This document shows positions 1 through 21,316 of a stretch of DNA of 64,000 nucleotides, piece by piece. The stretch is taken from assembly GCF_009914755.1 (NCBI RefSeq), contig NC_060937.1; one strand, written 5' to 3'. The position numbers and the translations under genes were made by a program. The DNA comes from the human T2T-CHM13v2.0 reference genome, Homo sapiens. The first letter of the stretch is position 1. Each line of letters begins with the position of its first letter. Below the pieces are notes generated by a model that saw only the letters and a program-made list of their open reading frames with translations, did not search any database and had not been told where the DNA came from.

Positions 1-1363
1 TCAACTTGATTGCTTCCTCTTGGGTTCTGTGTTTCCCACTGTGTGACCTGAGCTGTCAGAAAACCTTAAGAATTTTCTTTGCATCATTTTTCCATGCAGT
101 TTGTGTACATGTCTCATGTACCTCGTGGCAGCCACTGGTTTTGTTCATCAAATGGTGGGTTGTGGGATGCTCTCCTGCAGTCTCCCTCTAATTAAAGAGG
201 TTAAATTGCCGTTTGCTCAGCCTTTAGTTCCTTTCCACAGCTTCCTAGGCTCTTAAAAATTAGCACTATATTCCTTTCAGATTAAAAAAAAACAAAAACA
301 AAAACCTGTTTGCTGTCTTTACTGCTGTGGTCTTGTCTAGAGGCAAATCTGAACAAACTGATTGAAAGGGGTGTTTGGTGGCTGGTGTTCTCTTTGACTA
401 AAGAGGCTTACATGTACTGTGGTACAGTCTGCTTACTTAAAAGGTGAGGCTTGAATTAAAATACAGCCAGATAGAAGGCCAGACTCTAATCAAATGAGGT
501 GATTAGATCAATGAATGAAGAGAGGAGAGGAGTCAGGTGTTGCCTTTCCCTGGCTGTTGAATAGCTGATGTTCCAGATTGCCCTACAGTGTTGTGTTAGG
601 GCATCCAGGAGGGATACTTTTCAGGCTTAGGTACACCTCAGTCTTTAAAATGAGGAATTAGGACACATTCATGTGTGTGTCCCTAATCTGCTCCTGAGAA
701 GAGAAGTGCAATCAGGGTCTTATTTTGTGACCACTGACTTGCACACTGAGACAAAAGGGCCATCTGCAAGCTGAAAATAGTGGATTCCTTAAAATAAAAA
801 CTATTCACATTTGATGGTGTGGTAGTTTTAATAAAATGTTCAAGTGTCAAGTTCATTTTCATTTATAATCTGAGACAGTTTTATAAGTCACCTCCCTGGG
901 GGTAAAAATGCATGTTCTGTCCTCATAGTGAGACACATCTTCTGCTTAGAGTCTAGAAAGCTCTAAGAAAGATTTATGCCATCTGTGCAGCTGGCATTTT
1001 TATAGTAAAATTTTTTTTACTTTGCTCCAAGTTTAAGTTATCTCATGACAAACTTTCTTGAAAGAGGCATTCACTATTATTATAGGAAGTATACTTCTTT
1101 ATTGAAAAGGAGATAATGTATCAGGTAACTTATTAAAGTATTTTCTCAAAGTTTAGTATCTTTAGGAATACAGTGCCTCAATACAATATAAAATATTTTG
1201 TAAATAATAGAATGAATTCATTTTAGAATTTAAATGATGCTAATAAAATAGACCATTATTCTAAAAGTTTAACTAATTTAGAATCAACCCTGGTTGAAAA
1301 TAAAGCCTTAAGCTGTTTTTTTGGAAGACTTTAAATCCTTTATGGCTAAGAGATGACAGACAG

Positions 1364-1671
<308 letters not shown>

Positions 1672-3596
1672 TGACAGATGCATGGAGGTTATATTGACAA
1701 GGGGAGAGATGTACAAACTGTTGAATGCTTTAGGTATTGTAGAATCATAATATCTTAGTATATCTAAATGGTTGGCTTGTTTTAAAATGATTAATCAAAG
1801 GCTGAATTGCCTTTATGAATAAAACCTTCCTTTAACAAGCTTCCACAAATAATCCTAGGCCTTTTATTGAAATGCCTACAAAATTCAGTCCTCATTCAAC
1901 TGTTTATTGAGTGTCTACTATGTCCTAGGCACTGTGCCAGGTGTTGGGAAATGAGTCATACACACACTAATTCTTACCTTTAGTGTAATTTCTATTTTAC
2001 CTGTTTCAAAGTAAAAGAGAAAGCAAAAGTGCTAACTCACCCTTGATTTTGATTTTAATTTTATTTAACTCAGTTAATTGAGAAGAAACACCCGTGTTCT
2101 TTAATAAACCTATTAGAGCGAAAAAGGACTGAAAGCCTAAAGGCTGAGGAAATTGAAAGCAAAATTTGCACAGCCTGCAGGACCCTTGCTGGGGACTGAG
2201 GAAAGTTCTTGACCTTTCCTCACAGCTTCTTCCAGCATTATGCAATGGAGGATATTTTACCCAACAGTGTGAACTTTTAGTGGCTGCAAGCTACAGGGAG
2301 CCCTTTCTGGGGTAAGTTCTCTTGCTTATTGTATGCAAAGCAAACTGCCACAGCAGTGCCAAGGTTAACATTTTTGTTGTGCTGAAATTTGGAAGTAGAA
2401 CAGAGTGAAATTTTTTAACATTTCTTTTTTCCTTTTTTTGTCCGCCAGTAGCCCTATTATTTAGTACATCTTTGACCATTTTGACATGTAGAAACCTTTA
2501 GAACTATCTGCTTTTTTATGGTTGCAGAAAAATTATATTTTAATATATGAAATTAATATTTAACTGGTAATTTGGTAATTTTAGCAGATGTGCAGAACTC
2601 AGTTTTTTTTAAAAAAAAAAGCCAGTGAAAGAGATTATAAAATGATGCACTTCTGTATTTTCTATATAAGGGCTGTCTGAGCTGGACTCAGAATTTGCTT
2701 ACTTATTAGCTAAACACTTAAATTTTACATTGGAACATCAGTTTTTGTATATATTTCTATTAGAGTTGGGAACAGGGGAAAGATACATGATCTGATAAAG
2801 TTTCTCAAAAGTTAAGTGAAGATTTGGTTCATCAGAGTTTTGACAGGATATAAAATCTAAATGTTTTTTCTATTGAAAAAACAAGAAACCACTTTTTAAA
2901 ATTCAGAGATGCATAGGCAGTAATTTGTTTTTTAAGTATAGAAGAAAAGAATTACTTGGTCAGGTGAATTAATATCAAGTAGTGGTAAGTCTATATGTCA
3001 GGTATGCAGACAGAGCTATCTTTGAGCCTCCAAAGCCAAAATACAGAAAACCAGGACAGCTTTCTGTTGTGTTTATTGTGTTAAAACAATTTAGCTGCTA
3101 ATGATAGAGTTTTAAAGCCTGCAGTAGTTTTGAATGTTAGTACTTCCACATTTTTCAAAAGTACAACATCGTAATATCAGTCATCATATGCAGTGATTCT
3201 CATTTGGCAAGGTCATGCCCTTTGTAGGGTTGGGTAGTTCTGTTAGAATCTTTGGGTGGGGACATGCATAGTTTGCAAAGGTCTTCTCATGCTCCACGGT
3301 AAGAGGGATGGATTTTCTCTTACCGTGCTCCGTGGTAAAAGAAAAATTAGTTAACATTAATGTAAACACAATAGCATAATCAAACCAGAAAATTTATCAT
3401 TATATGGAAGTAAGTGCATTCATCACCAGGAATGAGAAATGCTTTACTCTAGAGAATGTTGAAAATGCTTCAAGAAGAGGGTTTTAGTCAACAACGTTGG
3501 CATTTCTCAGGGTTGGAAGCAAGCAACTCTTGGAACACCTGAAGAACAACCAGTAATGTTTCTCTTCCTTTGTAGATGATTATACTGCCATTTTGA

Positions 3597-3776
<180 letters not shown>

Positions 3777-4271
3777 TAATTCTTACTACTCTCCTTATTA
3801 AACATTGCCATTCTGTAAATACAGTAAATTAGGTTAGGATAAAAATGAAATGTTTTATAAGTGCTATAATTTTTGCCTCATATTAGTTTTTTCCCTTCTC
3901 TCAGATACAGATTGGTTCTTTCAAACTAAGGGCTTTATAGTACGAAGTGTTGCAAGTTTTTAGTAGCTTATATCCTATAATTGAGCACATGATAGTTACA
4001 GCAGAATTTAACAATAGATTTTTCATACCTTCATAATTCTTTGCGACCATGATGGGGTGTTTATTATATTCCCACATAAAGCTTCTCTCCTTGTCAGTCT
4101 TATAGTCTAGTTCACATATTATATTACCCGTGAGTACCACCTAATCACATTCTACACTAGTTATATGTAGAATAAACTGTATTCTATATGTTAAGATTTT
4201 AATTAGTAAATTGTTGGAAATAAACCTGCTTTTCTCTTCAAATTGCAGGCTTTCTAATTAAAAACACTTTT

Positions 4272-4470
4272 TAGGACATACAGAGTGGAATGGTAGACAT
4301 TGGAGACTCCAAAAGGTGGGAGAGTAGAAGAGGGGCGAGGGATGAGAAATTACCCACTGAGTACGATAGACACTCTTCGGGTGATGGCTTCACCAAAAGC
4401 CCAGACTTCACCACTGTACAATATGTCGATGTTACAAAACTGCACTTGTACCTCTTAAATCTATAAAAAT
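4272..4470 (+). mobile_element. L1PB-type 3' end fragment
   Basis: GGTGATGG...CACCAAAAGCCCAGACTTCACCACT...CTGCACTTGTACC...AAATCTATAAAAAT matches the L1PB 3' UTR. Confidence 0.7.
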
Positions 4471-5699
4471 TTTAAAAAATTGTGTCAAAAAATGGAAGTG
4501 AAAATTTGGCCACCTCATCTTCAGATATTCTTTATTCATCTTAAGTTTTATCCAGTGTTCCTGCCACCCTTTGTTCTTTAGTTTTTTTGTTCCCCATGCC
4601 CTTTTATGAGTAAAAAAAAAAAAAAAAAAAAAGTAGCAAACTGATTATGTTCTATACAGTAATTTATCTTATTTTATGTTAGTGTCACTCATAATTATTT
4701 CATTAATATAGTACAATGCAGAATCAGATATGCCATCTCTGTAGTTACCAATTCTTCTAACAAGGTTAAGTGTATTACTGAGTCTGTCTGTTGCTGTTTG
4801 ATTTGGAAAAACGATTTTAGATTGGGTTTAATAATCATGTATTTACTTATACCTTATTTGATGTCTTCATTACTAGTCTGGTCTTATTGTCTATATTTAT
4901 ATTTGTTCTAAAAGGGATTTGAGGTGGCTTTGAAACACGTATTGTAATGGTTAAAAATACACAGAGATCAAGAGTAAAGAAAATAAAGGTCAAATTGAGT
5001 GGTTTAATAGTCATTAATATAAGTTAATATTTGTGCTCCACTGTGTCACCAAATAATTAAAATGAGGGGCATATTCCTGTTTATCAATTTGACTACTCTT
5101 CCCAAGTGTTTTATTTTTGTCCGGCATTTACCATTAAAGCATTGTAATTTATCTATTGGTATCTGAAGGACTGTTACTCTGTCTTACTCAGCACTATATC
5201 TTTAGTGCTTAGTACCTGCCACAGTATCTGGCATGTTAGAAACTTAGTGGTAGTAAATATTTACAAAATAAGTAAATGAAGGTATAAGCTTCCGCCTTTG
5301 CACTGCTGCTTCCCTGTGGCAGTGGTGCCTGGGGTTCTAACAGCTCCTTCAGAATAAGTTTATCTAAGAAAGGATGCCATTGCTCATTGCTGTGAGTCTT
5401 AAAACTTTCTTGCCTGGACTGAAGTTACTAATTCTATCTCTGCCTCAGATTATCTGTGTGACTGTGTAATTCCACTCATCTCTCTAGGTCTCCATTTCCT
5501 TGTGTGAGAAATGAATGGCTTGAATTTCATTATCTCTAAAGTTCCCACTGGTTCAATGTGTCTGTGAAAATTAGAGAAGGCTATTTTTAAAAATTTTGAA
5601 CTTTTAAGCTGCATTTTGGCATGTAAGCTCTTACAACACTTCAAAACTAAAAAGAAATGAACAAATTCTATATATTTTATAAGAAATAATACATTGTAA

Positions 5700-5822
<123 letters not shown>

Positions 5823-5886
5823 TAAGGAGTCATTCTCATCCTAAATGGCTTTAAATTCTACATATATTCATATTCAAAAAACTAGA

Positions 5887-8830
5887 TGGGTACTTTTTCT
5901 GGCCAAGATGAAGTAACGGGGACAGGGTTTACCCTTCTATCTGAACCAATCCTCTTAAGGAACAAAATATATAAAACAAAGGTTTTTAACACACTGAATA
6001 TTAGGTGCAAAGGAAAATGATCCAAAAGAAACATGAAGCAAATGAGGTGAGTTCTATGACTGCCAGAGCTGACTGCCTTAAGAGAATTCCAAGTTACTGC
6101 TTAGGGAGGGAGCACCAGATGGAACCTGACAGACTCTGTGGGCGGAAAAGATGGAGCTGAGAGTCTCAGGAGACCAAGGCTATTACAGTTTGCAGGACAG
6201 AGTACCAGAGAGGAGAGAGCTATACAGAAAGGGAACACTGGAGGTAGGTGAAGAGCCCCCTTATGTATTCAGTAGAGTATTGATCAGTGCATATGTGTGA
6301 GGAAACTACCCGATGCTGGGGAAAGACCCAACCAGATTAGAGGGAATTGTGCCTGACACTCACACATGCCTGGGCTGGAAAACCCCTGTTCACAAGGTAT
6401 TGAGAACAGCGTGTAAGAGGGTCTTGCCTCAATAGGGGGGATAGTTAACCCTAGACTAAGCACTTTTCCAGTCCTGCCTAACATATCTGAAAAGCAAGAA
6501 AATACAAGAAAATGAAACTGTTTCCAAGTAGTAGCCTGTGTCTGAGAACAAAACTCAAGAAGACTTACAGAAATACAAAAATAACCAACATCTAATAAAG
6601 TAAAATTCATAATATCTGCCATCCAATCAAAAGTTGCCAGGCATATAAAGCAGCAGGAAAATACAGAAGTGAAAAAAAAATTAGCTTATTGAAATGGTTT
6701 CAGAATTTATACAAGGTTAGAATTAGAAGTTATTAAGCTGTTACTATTAAATAGTTATTATACCTCTATTCCATATGTTCAAAAAGACATGGAATGTCTC
6801 TTAGTCTTAAATAAGTTTAAATCATACCTCTAGAGGTGAAAACTACATTCTTGATTGAGGTGAAAAACCCACTGGATGGGTTTAATAGCAAATTCATTTA
6901 AGAAGAAAGTATCAGTGAACTCGAAGACATTGCAATAATAACTATCCAAACTGAAACACAAAGATAAAAAATAATTTTAGAAAATTAACACCATCACTGA
7001 GCTGTGGGACAATTTCAGGTGGCCTTGAATATATGCAATTGAAATCTCCAAAGAGAAGGAGCACATAATTATTTAAAGAAATATTTTTCAAATTTAATGA
7101 AAACTGTAAACCCATAGATCCAAGAGTGTCAATGAACCCCAGGCACACCATAAGCACAAAAGCAGAGAACAGCCACCTCCAGGAATGCCATAATGGACAC
7201 TTAGGACAGTACCCACTGCCCCACTCTAGGCAGCTGTGGAATTGAGGACTAGCATGCTTAACCCATTGTAGCTACCCACAACACCAACATGGACCTCTTG
7301 GGTCTCAGTGGGTTGCTCCACCACCACTACTGCCATCATTCACATCATACCAGCTGCTCAGGGGGCTAACAGCTTGTCCACACACCTAGCCCACTGCTCT
7401 CATTACTAGCTTCTAAGCAAGCAGTTCACCTGCAGGCCCAAGAATCAGCCATTCAGAACTCTCTAACACCACAGCCAGCATAAGCTGCTTTAGGGCCTAA
7501 AAACAGGCATATTCACCCTTCTGCTGCCACCACTGGGGCCCAAAGACTGACTCAGTTGGCATCCAAGTCCCCAGCAAAATTTCACAGCTTCAGCTAATAA
7601 CCATACCCTAAGCCACTGAGGAAATTACACATACCACGAACCTTGTGTACTACTGAAAAAGTCACACAAAGACCACACTACAACAGCACCAAAAATAAAA
7701 GCCAAGGTGTCTTACTTAACCAACAACATATATACATCTTCAGGAAAAATATTCTCCCCTACAAAAGCAATTTTTAAAAATTGGAACAACAATACCAGAT
7801 ATGCAGATATCAATGGAAGGAAACAGGAAACATGAAAAAGCAAGAAAATATGATACCAGTAAAGGACCACAACAATTTTCTGGGAACAGATCCCAATCAG
7901 TAAGAATTCCTGAAATAACAGATAAAGAATTCAAAATATTGATTTTAAAGAACCTCATTGAGGTACAAGAGAAATCTGAAAACCAGTACAAAAATAAGAA
8001 AATGAATTCAAGATGTGAATGAGAGATATACCAAGGAAATAGATATCTTTAATTTAAAAAACCAAACAGATTCTGGAACTGAAAATTCATTGAAGGAAAT
8101 ACAAAATACATTTGAAAGCTTTGGTAATAGACTAGACCAAGCAGAAGGAGGAATTTCAAAACTTGACGACAGATCTTTTGAAATAATTCAGCCACACAAA
8201 AATAAGGAAAAAATGAAAAAGAATGAAAACAGCCCTCAAGATGTCTAGGACTACACAAAATGACCAAACTTATAAATTATCAATATTTTTGAGGGGGAAG
8301 AGAGATCAAAAACTTTAGAAATCCTACTGAAGGACATAATTGATGAAAATGTCCCAAATGTAGCAAAAGAGTTAGATATTTAGATACAGGAGATCCAGTG
8401 ATCTTCATGTAAATACATTGAAAAAAGGACTTCACATGGCATATTAGGACTTCACATGGCATATTATACTCAGAATGTTTAAATTCAAGTGAAAGAAAGA
8501 ATCTTTAAAATTAGCAAGAGCAAAAGCATCAAGTCATGTATAAAGGACTAATAGTGGACTTTTCAGCAGAAACCTTATAGGCCAAAGAGAATGAGATGGC
8601 ACTTTAGCCATCGTGCTAAAAGAAAAAAAAAAGCTGTGAGCCAAGAATTTTATATCCTGCCAGAATAAGCCTTATAGATAAAGGGGAAATAATCTTTCCC
8701 AGACAAGGAAATGCTGAGGAAATTTGTCACCACTAGGTAGGGACAAAGCCTCACATATCAAGATTAACCTTGAATATAACTGGATTAAATGCTTCACTTA
8801 AAAGATACAGATTGCCAGAATGGATTTTTT
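5887..8830 (+). mobile_element. Ancient L1M 5' UTR/ORF1/ORF2-start remnants (probably two fragments joined near 7160)
   Basis: Decayed ORF1 peptides (IPEITDKEFKILILK; LKEIQNTFESFGNRLDQAE), CCAAGAATTTTATATCCTGCC, and an ORF2 start-like TTAACCTTGAATATAACTGGATTAAATGC. Confidence 0.7.
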
Positions 8831-8868
8831 TTATTGTTTTATCTGACATTTTCCAATAACATTGGTAG

Positions 8869-15280
<6,412 letters not shown>

Positions 15281-15304
15281 TGTTTTGTTTTGTTTTGTTT
15301 GATA

Positions 15305-15606
15305 ATTATTTCTCATAGTTCTGGAGGGCTAGAAGCCTGAGATCAGGGTGCCAGCATGGTTGGGTTCTAGTGAGGGCTCTCTTGGGTTGCAGGCTGCTGA
15401 CTTCTTGTATCTTCAAATGGTGGAAAGAGAGCAAGCTAGCTCTGTGGCCTCTTCTCAGAAGGGCATGAATCCCATTTATGAGGTCTCCACCCTCGTGATC
15501 TCTTCACCCTCCCAAAAGGTCCCACCTCTAAATAGCTTCATATTGGGGATTAGATTTCAACATATGATAAAATTTGGGGGGAACACAAACATTCATTTCA
15601 TAACAG
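15305..15606. mobile_element. MaLR LTR fragment (MLT1/MST type)
   Basis: TTTCTCATAGTTCTGGAGGGCTAGAAGCCTGAGATCAGGGTGCCAGCATGG...GGATTAGATTTCAACATATG...CATTCATTTCATAACA. Confidence 0.7.
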
Positions 15607-15751
15607 CTACTAGTCTTCTCTTAGTATAGATTATCAAATACTAAGAAAAAGAAGGGTCTATTTTTCAATAGAGATGATGGAGAAATACTGTAAAATTATG
15701 TAACATTTTTTTTTATCACCATCTGGTTCATCCACCATATGTTTCTTTTTC

Positions 15752-16452
15752 CTTTTTTTTTTAATTGTGGTAAAGTACACACAACTTCAAATTTACCATC
15801 ATAACCATTTTTAAGTATACAGTTTAGTAGTATTAAATACATGCATAATGTTGTGCAGCCATCTGCATAACTCTTTTCATCTTGTAAAACTGAACCTCTA
15901 TATCCATTAAAAAATAACTCTCTATACTCCCCTAACCCCATCCCCTGGCAACCATCATTCTATTTTCTGCCTCTATGATTTTGACTACTCTCAGTACCTC
16001 ATATAAATGGAATCATACAGTACTTGTTTTTTTTTTTTTGTGACTTGCTTATTTTACTTAGCATAATGTCTTCGAAATTTATCCGTGTTGTAGCATATTG
16101 CAGAATTTCCTTCCTATTTAAGGCTGAATAACATTCCTTGGATACAGTATGGATAGACCATATTTTGCTTATCCATTCATCTGTTGATGGACACTCCATC
16201 AACATGGGGTTGTGGGTATGCACCCAGAAATTGAATGACTAGATCATATGGTAATTCTATTTATAATGGAACCATCACACTGTTTTCCCATAGAGGTTGT
16301 TCCATTTTACATTCCTACCAGAAGTGCACAAGGTTTCCAGTTTCTCCACATCCTTGTCAACCCCATTATTTTCTGGGTTTTTTTTTTTTTTTTTTTGATA
16401 GTCGCTATTCTAGTGGGTGTGAATTTTGATTTGCATTTCCCTAATGATTAGT
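15752..16452 (-). mobile_element. L1MB-type 3' end fragment, cut by the MER21 LTR
   Basis: TTAATTGTGGTAAAGTACAC...; ORF 15999..16223 (CPSTDEWISKIWSIHT). Ends at TTGCATTTCCCTAATGATTAGT. Confidence 0.75.
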
Positions 16453-17272
16453 TGGTTAGGAAAAAACTGAGCTATTTTCCCCTCTGTTCTCACACTGCAA
16501 TAATCATCAACACAGAAGACAACTTCCGTGACCAAAAGTGTGGAGCAGGGAGAGTTCTCCTACCCACCAAGCAATCAATCAGTTCTGCAGTGGACACCAA
16601 ATGGGTGTCCTTTAATTCAATTTTAACACTGTCTACCTGGAGATAGTGCCAATTCCCACAGTTTGAGGGCTCAGTCCCCAAGACTGCCCTACCACCCCAT
16701 ACACCAGACACCAGTCATTAAGTCCAGGCGTCCAGAACTTCTGACTGATGAGCTTCACGTCGGGGTTCTTACAACCTCCTCTGTGGGTTTATTTAATTTG
16801 CTAGAGTGGCTCTCAGAACTCAGGGAAATACTTTCTCACATTTACCAGTTTATTATAAAGGATATTACAAAGATACAGATGAAGAGATGTGTAGGGTGAG
16901 GTATGAGAGAAGGGGTGTGGAGCTTCCATGCCCTCCAGGAACTCCACATGTTCAGATATTCTAAAGCTCTCTGAAGCCTGCTCTCTTGGGGTTTATGAAG
17001 GCTTCATTATATAGCCACGATTGATTAAACCATTGGCCACTGATGATCAACTTGACTTTCAGCTGCTTTCCCCTCCCAGGAGATTGGGGGGTGGGACTGA
17101 AAGTCCCAACTCTCTAATCATGCCTTTGTCTTTCTGGTGACCAGTCCCATCTTGAAGCTGTCGGTATACGTTAGCCTACAAAAAGATAGCAATTTGGACG
17201 TTCCAAAGATTTTAGGATTGGTATGTCAGCAAATGGGTGATGAAAACCAAATATATATTTCATAATATCACA
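16453..17272 (-). mobile_element. MER21 (MER21B-like) ERVL LTR; 3' LTR of the provirus
   Basis: Minus strand begins TGTGATATTATGAAATATATATTTGG and is preceded by a purine-rich PPT-like GAAGAACGAGGGTAGGC. Shares CCTGGAGATAG...GGCTCAGTCCCCAAGACTG with the LTR at 28252. Confidence 0.8.
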
Positions 17273-19361
17273 GCCTACCCTCGTTCTTCAGATACCTTAC
17301 ATCAAAAGAACATACAACTCAAAAGATATTGCCACATTAGAGTCTCATTCCATCATTAATAACTAGTCTAGTCCACTATATTGTATTAATGTTTCCCAGA
17401 GTGAGTCCACTCAGGTTTGCAGGCTTCCCTTCAATCTTGTCAGGTTCCAAAGCTGGAGCGGTCTTGGCAAACAAATAGCTTTACCTTTTTAGATATCTGT
17501 TATAATTGAGCTGAGAGACAATGTCATCTGTTTCTCTAAGGGTCTTTCAAGGTGTTAATGTAATGTTGGATTTCCCTCAATTTATAACCCATTATTCATT
17601 CCTTTACCCTCAACTACTATTTCTCTTTCTCTCCGTTAATACCCAAATGTTTCCACCTTTGGAAGAGACATCAGAATCACTACCGTTCTGGTTTAGACTG
17701 CAGGCAACAATGCTAGTCTAGCAGGTACCTTCTCCTCAGCCTACTCCCATGCAGATAGGGTAAAGTTATGTAGGTGCAAAGCTAGTGGGTTATTTTTACC
17801 ACCAGGCAATATAGCTGCATTCACTCTTAGCCCCAGCTTTGCTAAGCGGGGTGAAGGAGCAACACAGTCACATCAGGCCCTAAGGAATTTTGACATAAGC
17901 TTTAAAAACATAGTTATGGTTTTTTGCTTAGAAATCAGCCCTGCTTCCAGCACTGGCAGTTGCAGGCCTGGTCCTAGGGCCACTACGTCAAGTAGGAGGG
18001 AAAGAAAAGGTTTTAGTGATCTGATTTAGGGAAGAAAGAAAAAATGATCATTATTCCAACGTACTCCTGCCTTGGCAAGATTTGCATAGTCACCCGAGCA
18101 TCCTCTTCACCCCTTCTTCTCCAGACCAGCCTTAGAAAAACAGGAACATCTAGTGGGCAGACTCCTTTAGTCCCACTCATGTTGAGTATGAGCACACACT
18201 CTTGAAGGCATGTAAGCCAGCCTTTTATGTTTCCAGTGTTTTAATTACCTGTTCTATTCATCTATCAAACTATGACTCTGAGGAGACTATCTCTGTGCCC
18301 ATTGTTGGACATCATAGGCTGTACAGTGTGTTCCTTGGTCTGAAGAAATGACGATTGGCCATACAAATCCATGCAATATCTTCTGTTTAGTTGTTTTTTT
18401 AATGGTACTCAGAGTATTTGCATGTTCCACTGAGTAAGCAAAAGCCATGCCAGAGTCATTGTCTATTCCTGTCAAGACCCATTTGTAGCCCCATAGGGCC
18501 ACTAGCACCAGTCTCTGTATTGCCAGCTTTGTTTAGGACCTTTGCACCAGGGAATCTGCCCCATAGCCATTATCAGTCTCTGCCTTTTTTTCTGGTGGAG
18601 AGAACAGTTCTTATTGGCATTTTGTGCCTGAGAGGATGCAAAAGGAACATGTCTAGATTCAGCCCATCTCTGCCTGCTGCCGTACCCCCATATCCACTAA
18701 TTTCATGGATCCAGGTGACCACCTCAAGGAAGTCCACAGGGATACCTGCTTGTCAATTCCATTCACCTTCCAAACCTGGAAAGGGGCTCTTCTGATTGAC
18801 ATTGACTTGTTCTACTTTAATGCACCCCTCAAATGTCCATGGGGCCATGCTTCATATGGGCATCCTTTTAATAGGCCAAGTATCCATTGCCCTCTTGCCT
18901 AACTGTATGGGCAGGCAATTGGTCACTGCCTATGAGTTAGTAAAATCCTAAACACAAGTGTTTCTACCACTGTTCAATTCTTCCATTACTGTTAGGAAAA
19001 TGCATCCAATACAGCCCACTGAGATTATTTGTTTTTACCTCCTTTGGTCAAAATAGCAGACTTCCAAACAGGATGGTATTCATTTACGCTGGTATTGAAT
19101 TGCCATCCTCAAACCAAGTAGCTCTTGGTTGGTCAGTCAAGAGCTGCTTACAGGGTAGTGTAGAATCCAGTGGCTCCTCACATAGTTCCAGAGTCAGTTT
19201 TAGGGGAAAAGAGTCCCTCTGTTTGTGAGGATCTCCTCCTTGCATTCCCCAGGTAGCACGATCATGTATAAATTCTGTTTGATAATGGAATGGGCATTGC
19301 CTCCCTTACTAAAGTGTTCCTCTGACATCACCCAAAACAGCATGGGCATTTCAGATATAAA

Positions 19362-20109
19362 TGTAATTGCCCGATGTGTTCTTCCTGCCTGCTGCACAGA
19401 TAAAACCAGTTCATTAAGACTGTAATATTGCAGTAAAGAGTTTAATTAATGCAAGACTGGCCAAGTGGAAGGACTGGAGTTATTACTTAAAGTAGTCTCA
19501 CTGAGAACTCAGAGACTAGGGTTTTTTGGATAATTGGGTGGGCAGGGGGCTAGGGAATGGTTACTGCTGATGGGTTGGGAATGAAGTCCTAGGGATGTGG
19601 AAACCGGTCCTTGTACAATGAATCTGGCTTTGGTTGGGGACCACAGGACTGGTTGAGTCATGAGTCATGGGTCTGAGTGGGTTCAGTTGGTTACCAGAAG
19701 GCAAAAATCTGAAAAACATCTCAAAAGACCAATCTTAGGTTCTACAATAGTAACGTTATCTATAGGAGCAATTGGGGAAGTGTCAAATCTTGTGACCTCT
19801 GTCCACATGATTCTTGAGCAGTAAGGGATGATAAAAAATACACTTTAGCAAAGTTCAGGCCCCTCCCCTGATCCTAATCTTGTGGTCTTTCATTAGTTTT
19901 TGGTCCCTGAGCAAGGAGGAGATTAGTTTTAGGGAGAGACTGTTAGCATCCTTCCTTCCAAGTTAAACTATAAACTAAATTCCTGCCATGATTAGCTTGA
20001 CCTACGCCCAGGAATGAGTGAAGACAGCCAGCCTGTGAGACTAGAAGCAAGATGGAGTCAGCCAAGCTAAATTTCTCTCACTGTCATAATCTTTGCAAAG
20101 GGGGTTTCA
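19362..20109 (-). mobile_element. Solo LTR8-family (ERV1) LTR
   Basis: Minus strand starts TGAAACCCCCTTTGCAAAGATTATGACAGTGAGAGAAA and ends GGGCAATTACA; TG...CA termini. Confidence 0.75.
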
Positions 20110-21316
20110 TCAAGATCACTTTATGTCCTTTAGTCATAGGAGTAGCCTCAGTTAATGTCCTGTAGCAAGGAAGTAAATGCCCTTCAAGTGGAAATTCTCT
20201 AGTTCAAAGTCCTAGTAGTCATTGCTGGGAGGCACTCACAAACCTTTGCCATAAGCCCCAGGAGGTACTCTGCAGAGGGGGCTATCAAATGGGGAAGTTG
20301 TCCCCACCAGCTCTTCAGTTTCTGTTTTGCACTATGTGGGCCTGGGCAGTCTTAACTGGTTCCAATTTTAGCATGTTCCATTAATACTGCTCAAAGGATT
20401 TACATATCTTCTGTTTTACAGTACTGGATAGGGGGAACATTTCCCAGTCAGATAAAATGTCTCTTCCCATAATGCAGTCAGGTAAAAGAGATAAAACCAT
20501 TTCACATGAAGTATGTTCAAATATGGCAGCTTTCATAATCCTAACAACCGTTACACTTTTATGTTCTAGTCCCAGGAATTTCCCCTTTTCATCCCCAGAT
20601 CATTTTACCCTTTCTTCTGCAAAAGGCTTTGGGTCCCCAGCCTGGAGTCCCACCAGGAGACCCTGGCCTCTCTCTTAATTGTTACCTTGATTAACCAGTC
20701 TAACAGGTAATTATAGATGGGGTTTCTCATTTTAATCTTTATCTTCTTGTCTTTAAAAGTTCTCCAAACTGGGGGAAATGCAGCAAACTGGTTTGGGCCC
20801 TTAAATGTTGAGAGATCAGCCAGGGGTCCCTTTCCTCCACTCAGTCTTTAATAATGTTGTATTAAGACTTTTGTTTTAACCCCATCAATTTCTACTTTAT
20901 TCATTCCATTTTTTAATAACCACCTAAATATGTCCACCCTCCTGGGGTGAGTCCCATGGCTCTCCCCTTTCTTTTTCCTCTTACTTTCATTCCTATGAAT
21001 GTTTTCTGTATTCATCTTATTTCTTACAAACCATTTAAAAATTTCCACCTCCCAGGATGAGTCCTTTGACTCTCCCCTCTCCCCTTCATCATTTTCTTGT
21101 TAATTAACCTAATGTCTTTATTAGCATCTGTAAGACCTCAAGGTAAAGCTTAGACCACAAATTTGATAAGGCTTCTGGAACTGTCTTGGTTTTGCAGCAG
21201 TAAGTTTATATGAGGTGCCTATGCAAAATGGGCCCCTTTAACAACAACATGTACCATGGCCTGGATAACGGTCATATTCAGTGGGTGAATATCCCAGTTA
21301 TCATAAAGCTAGTCCC

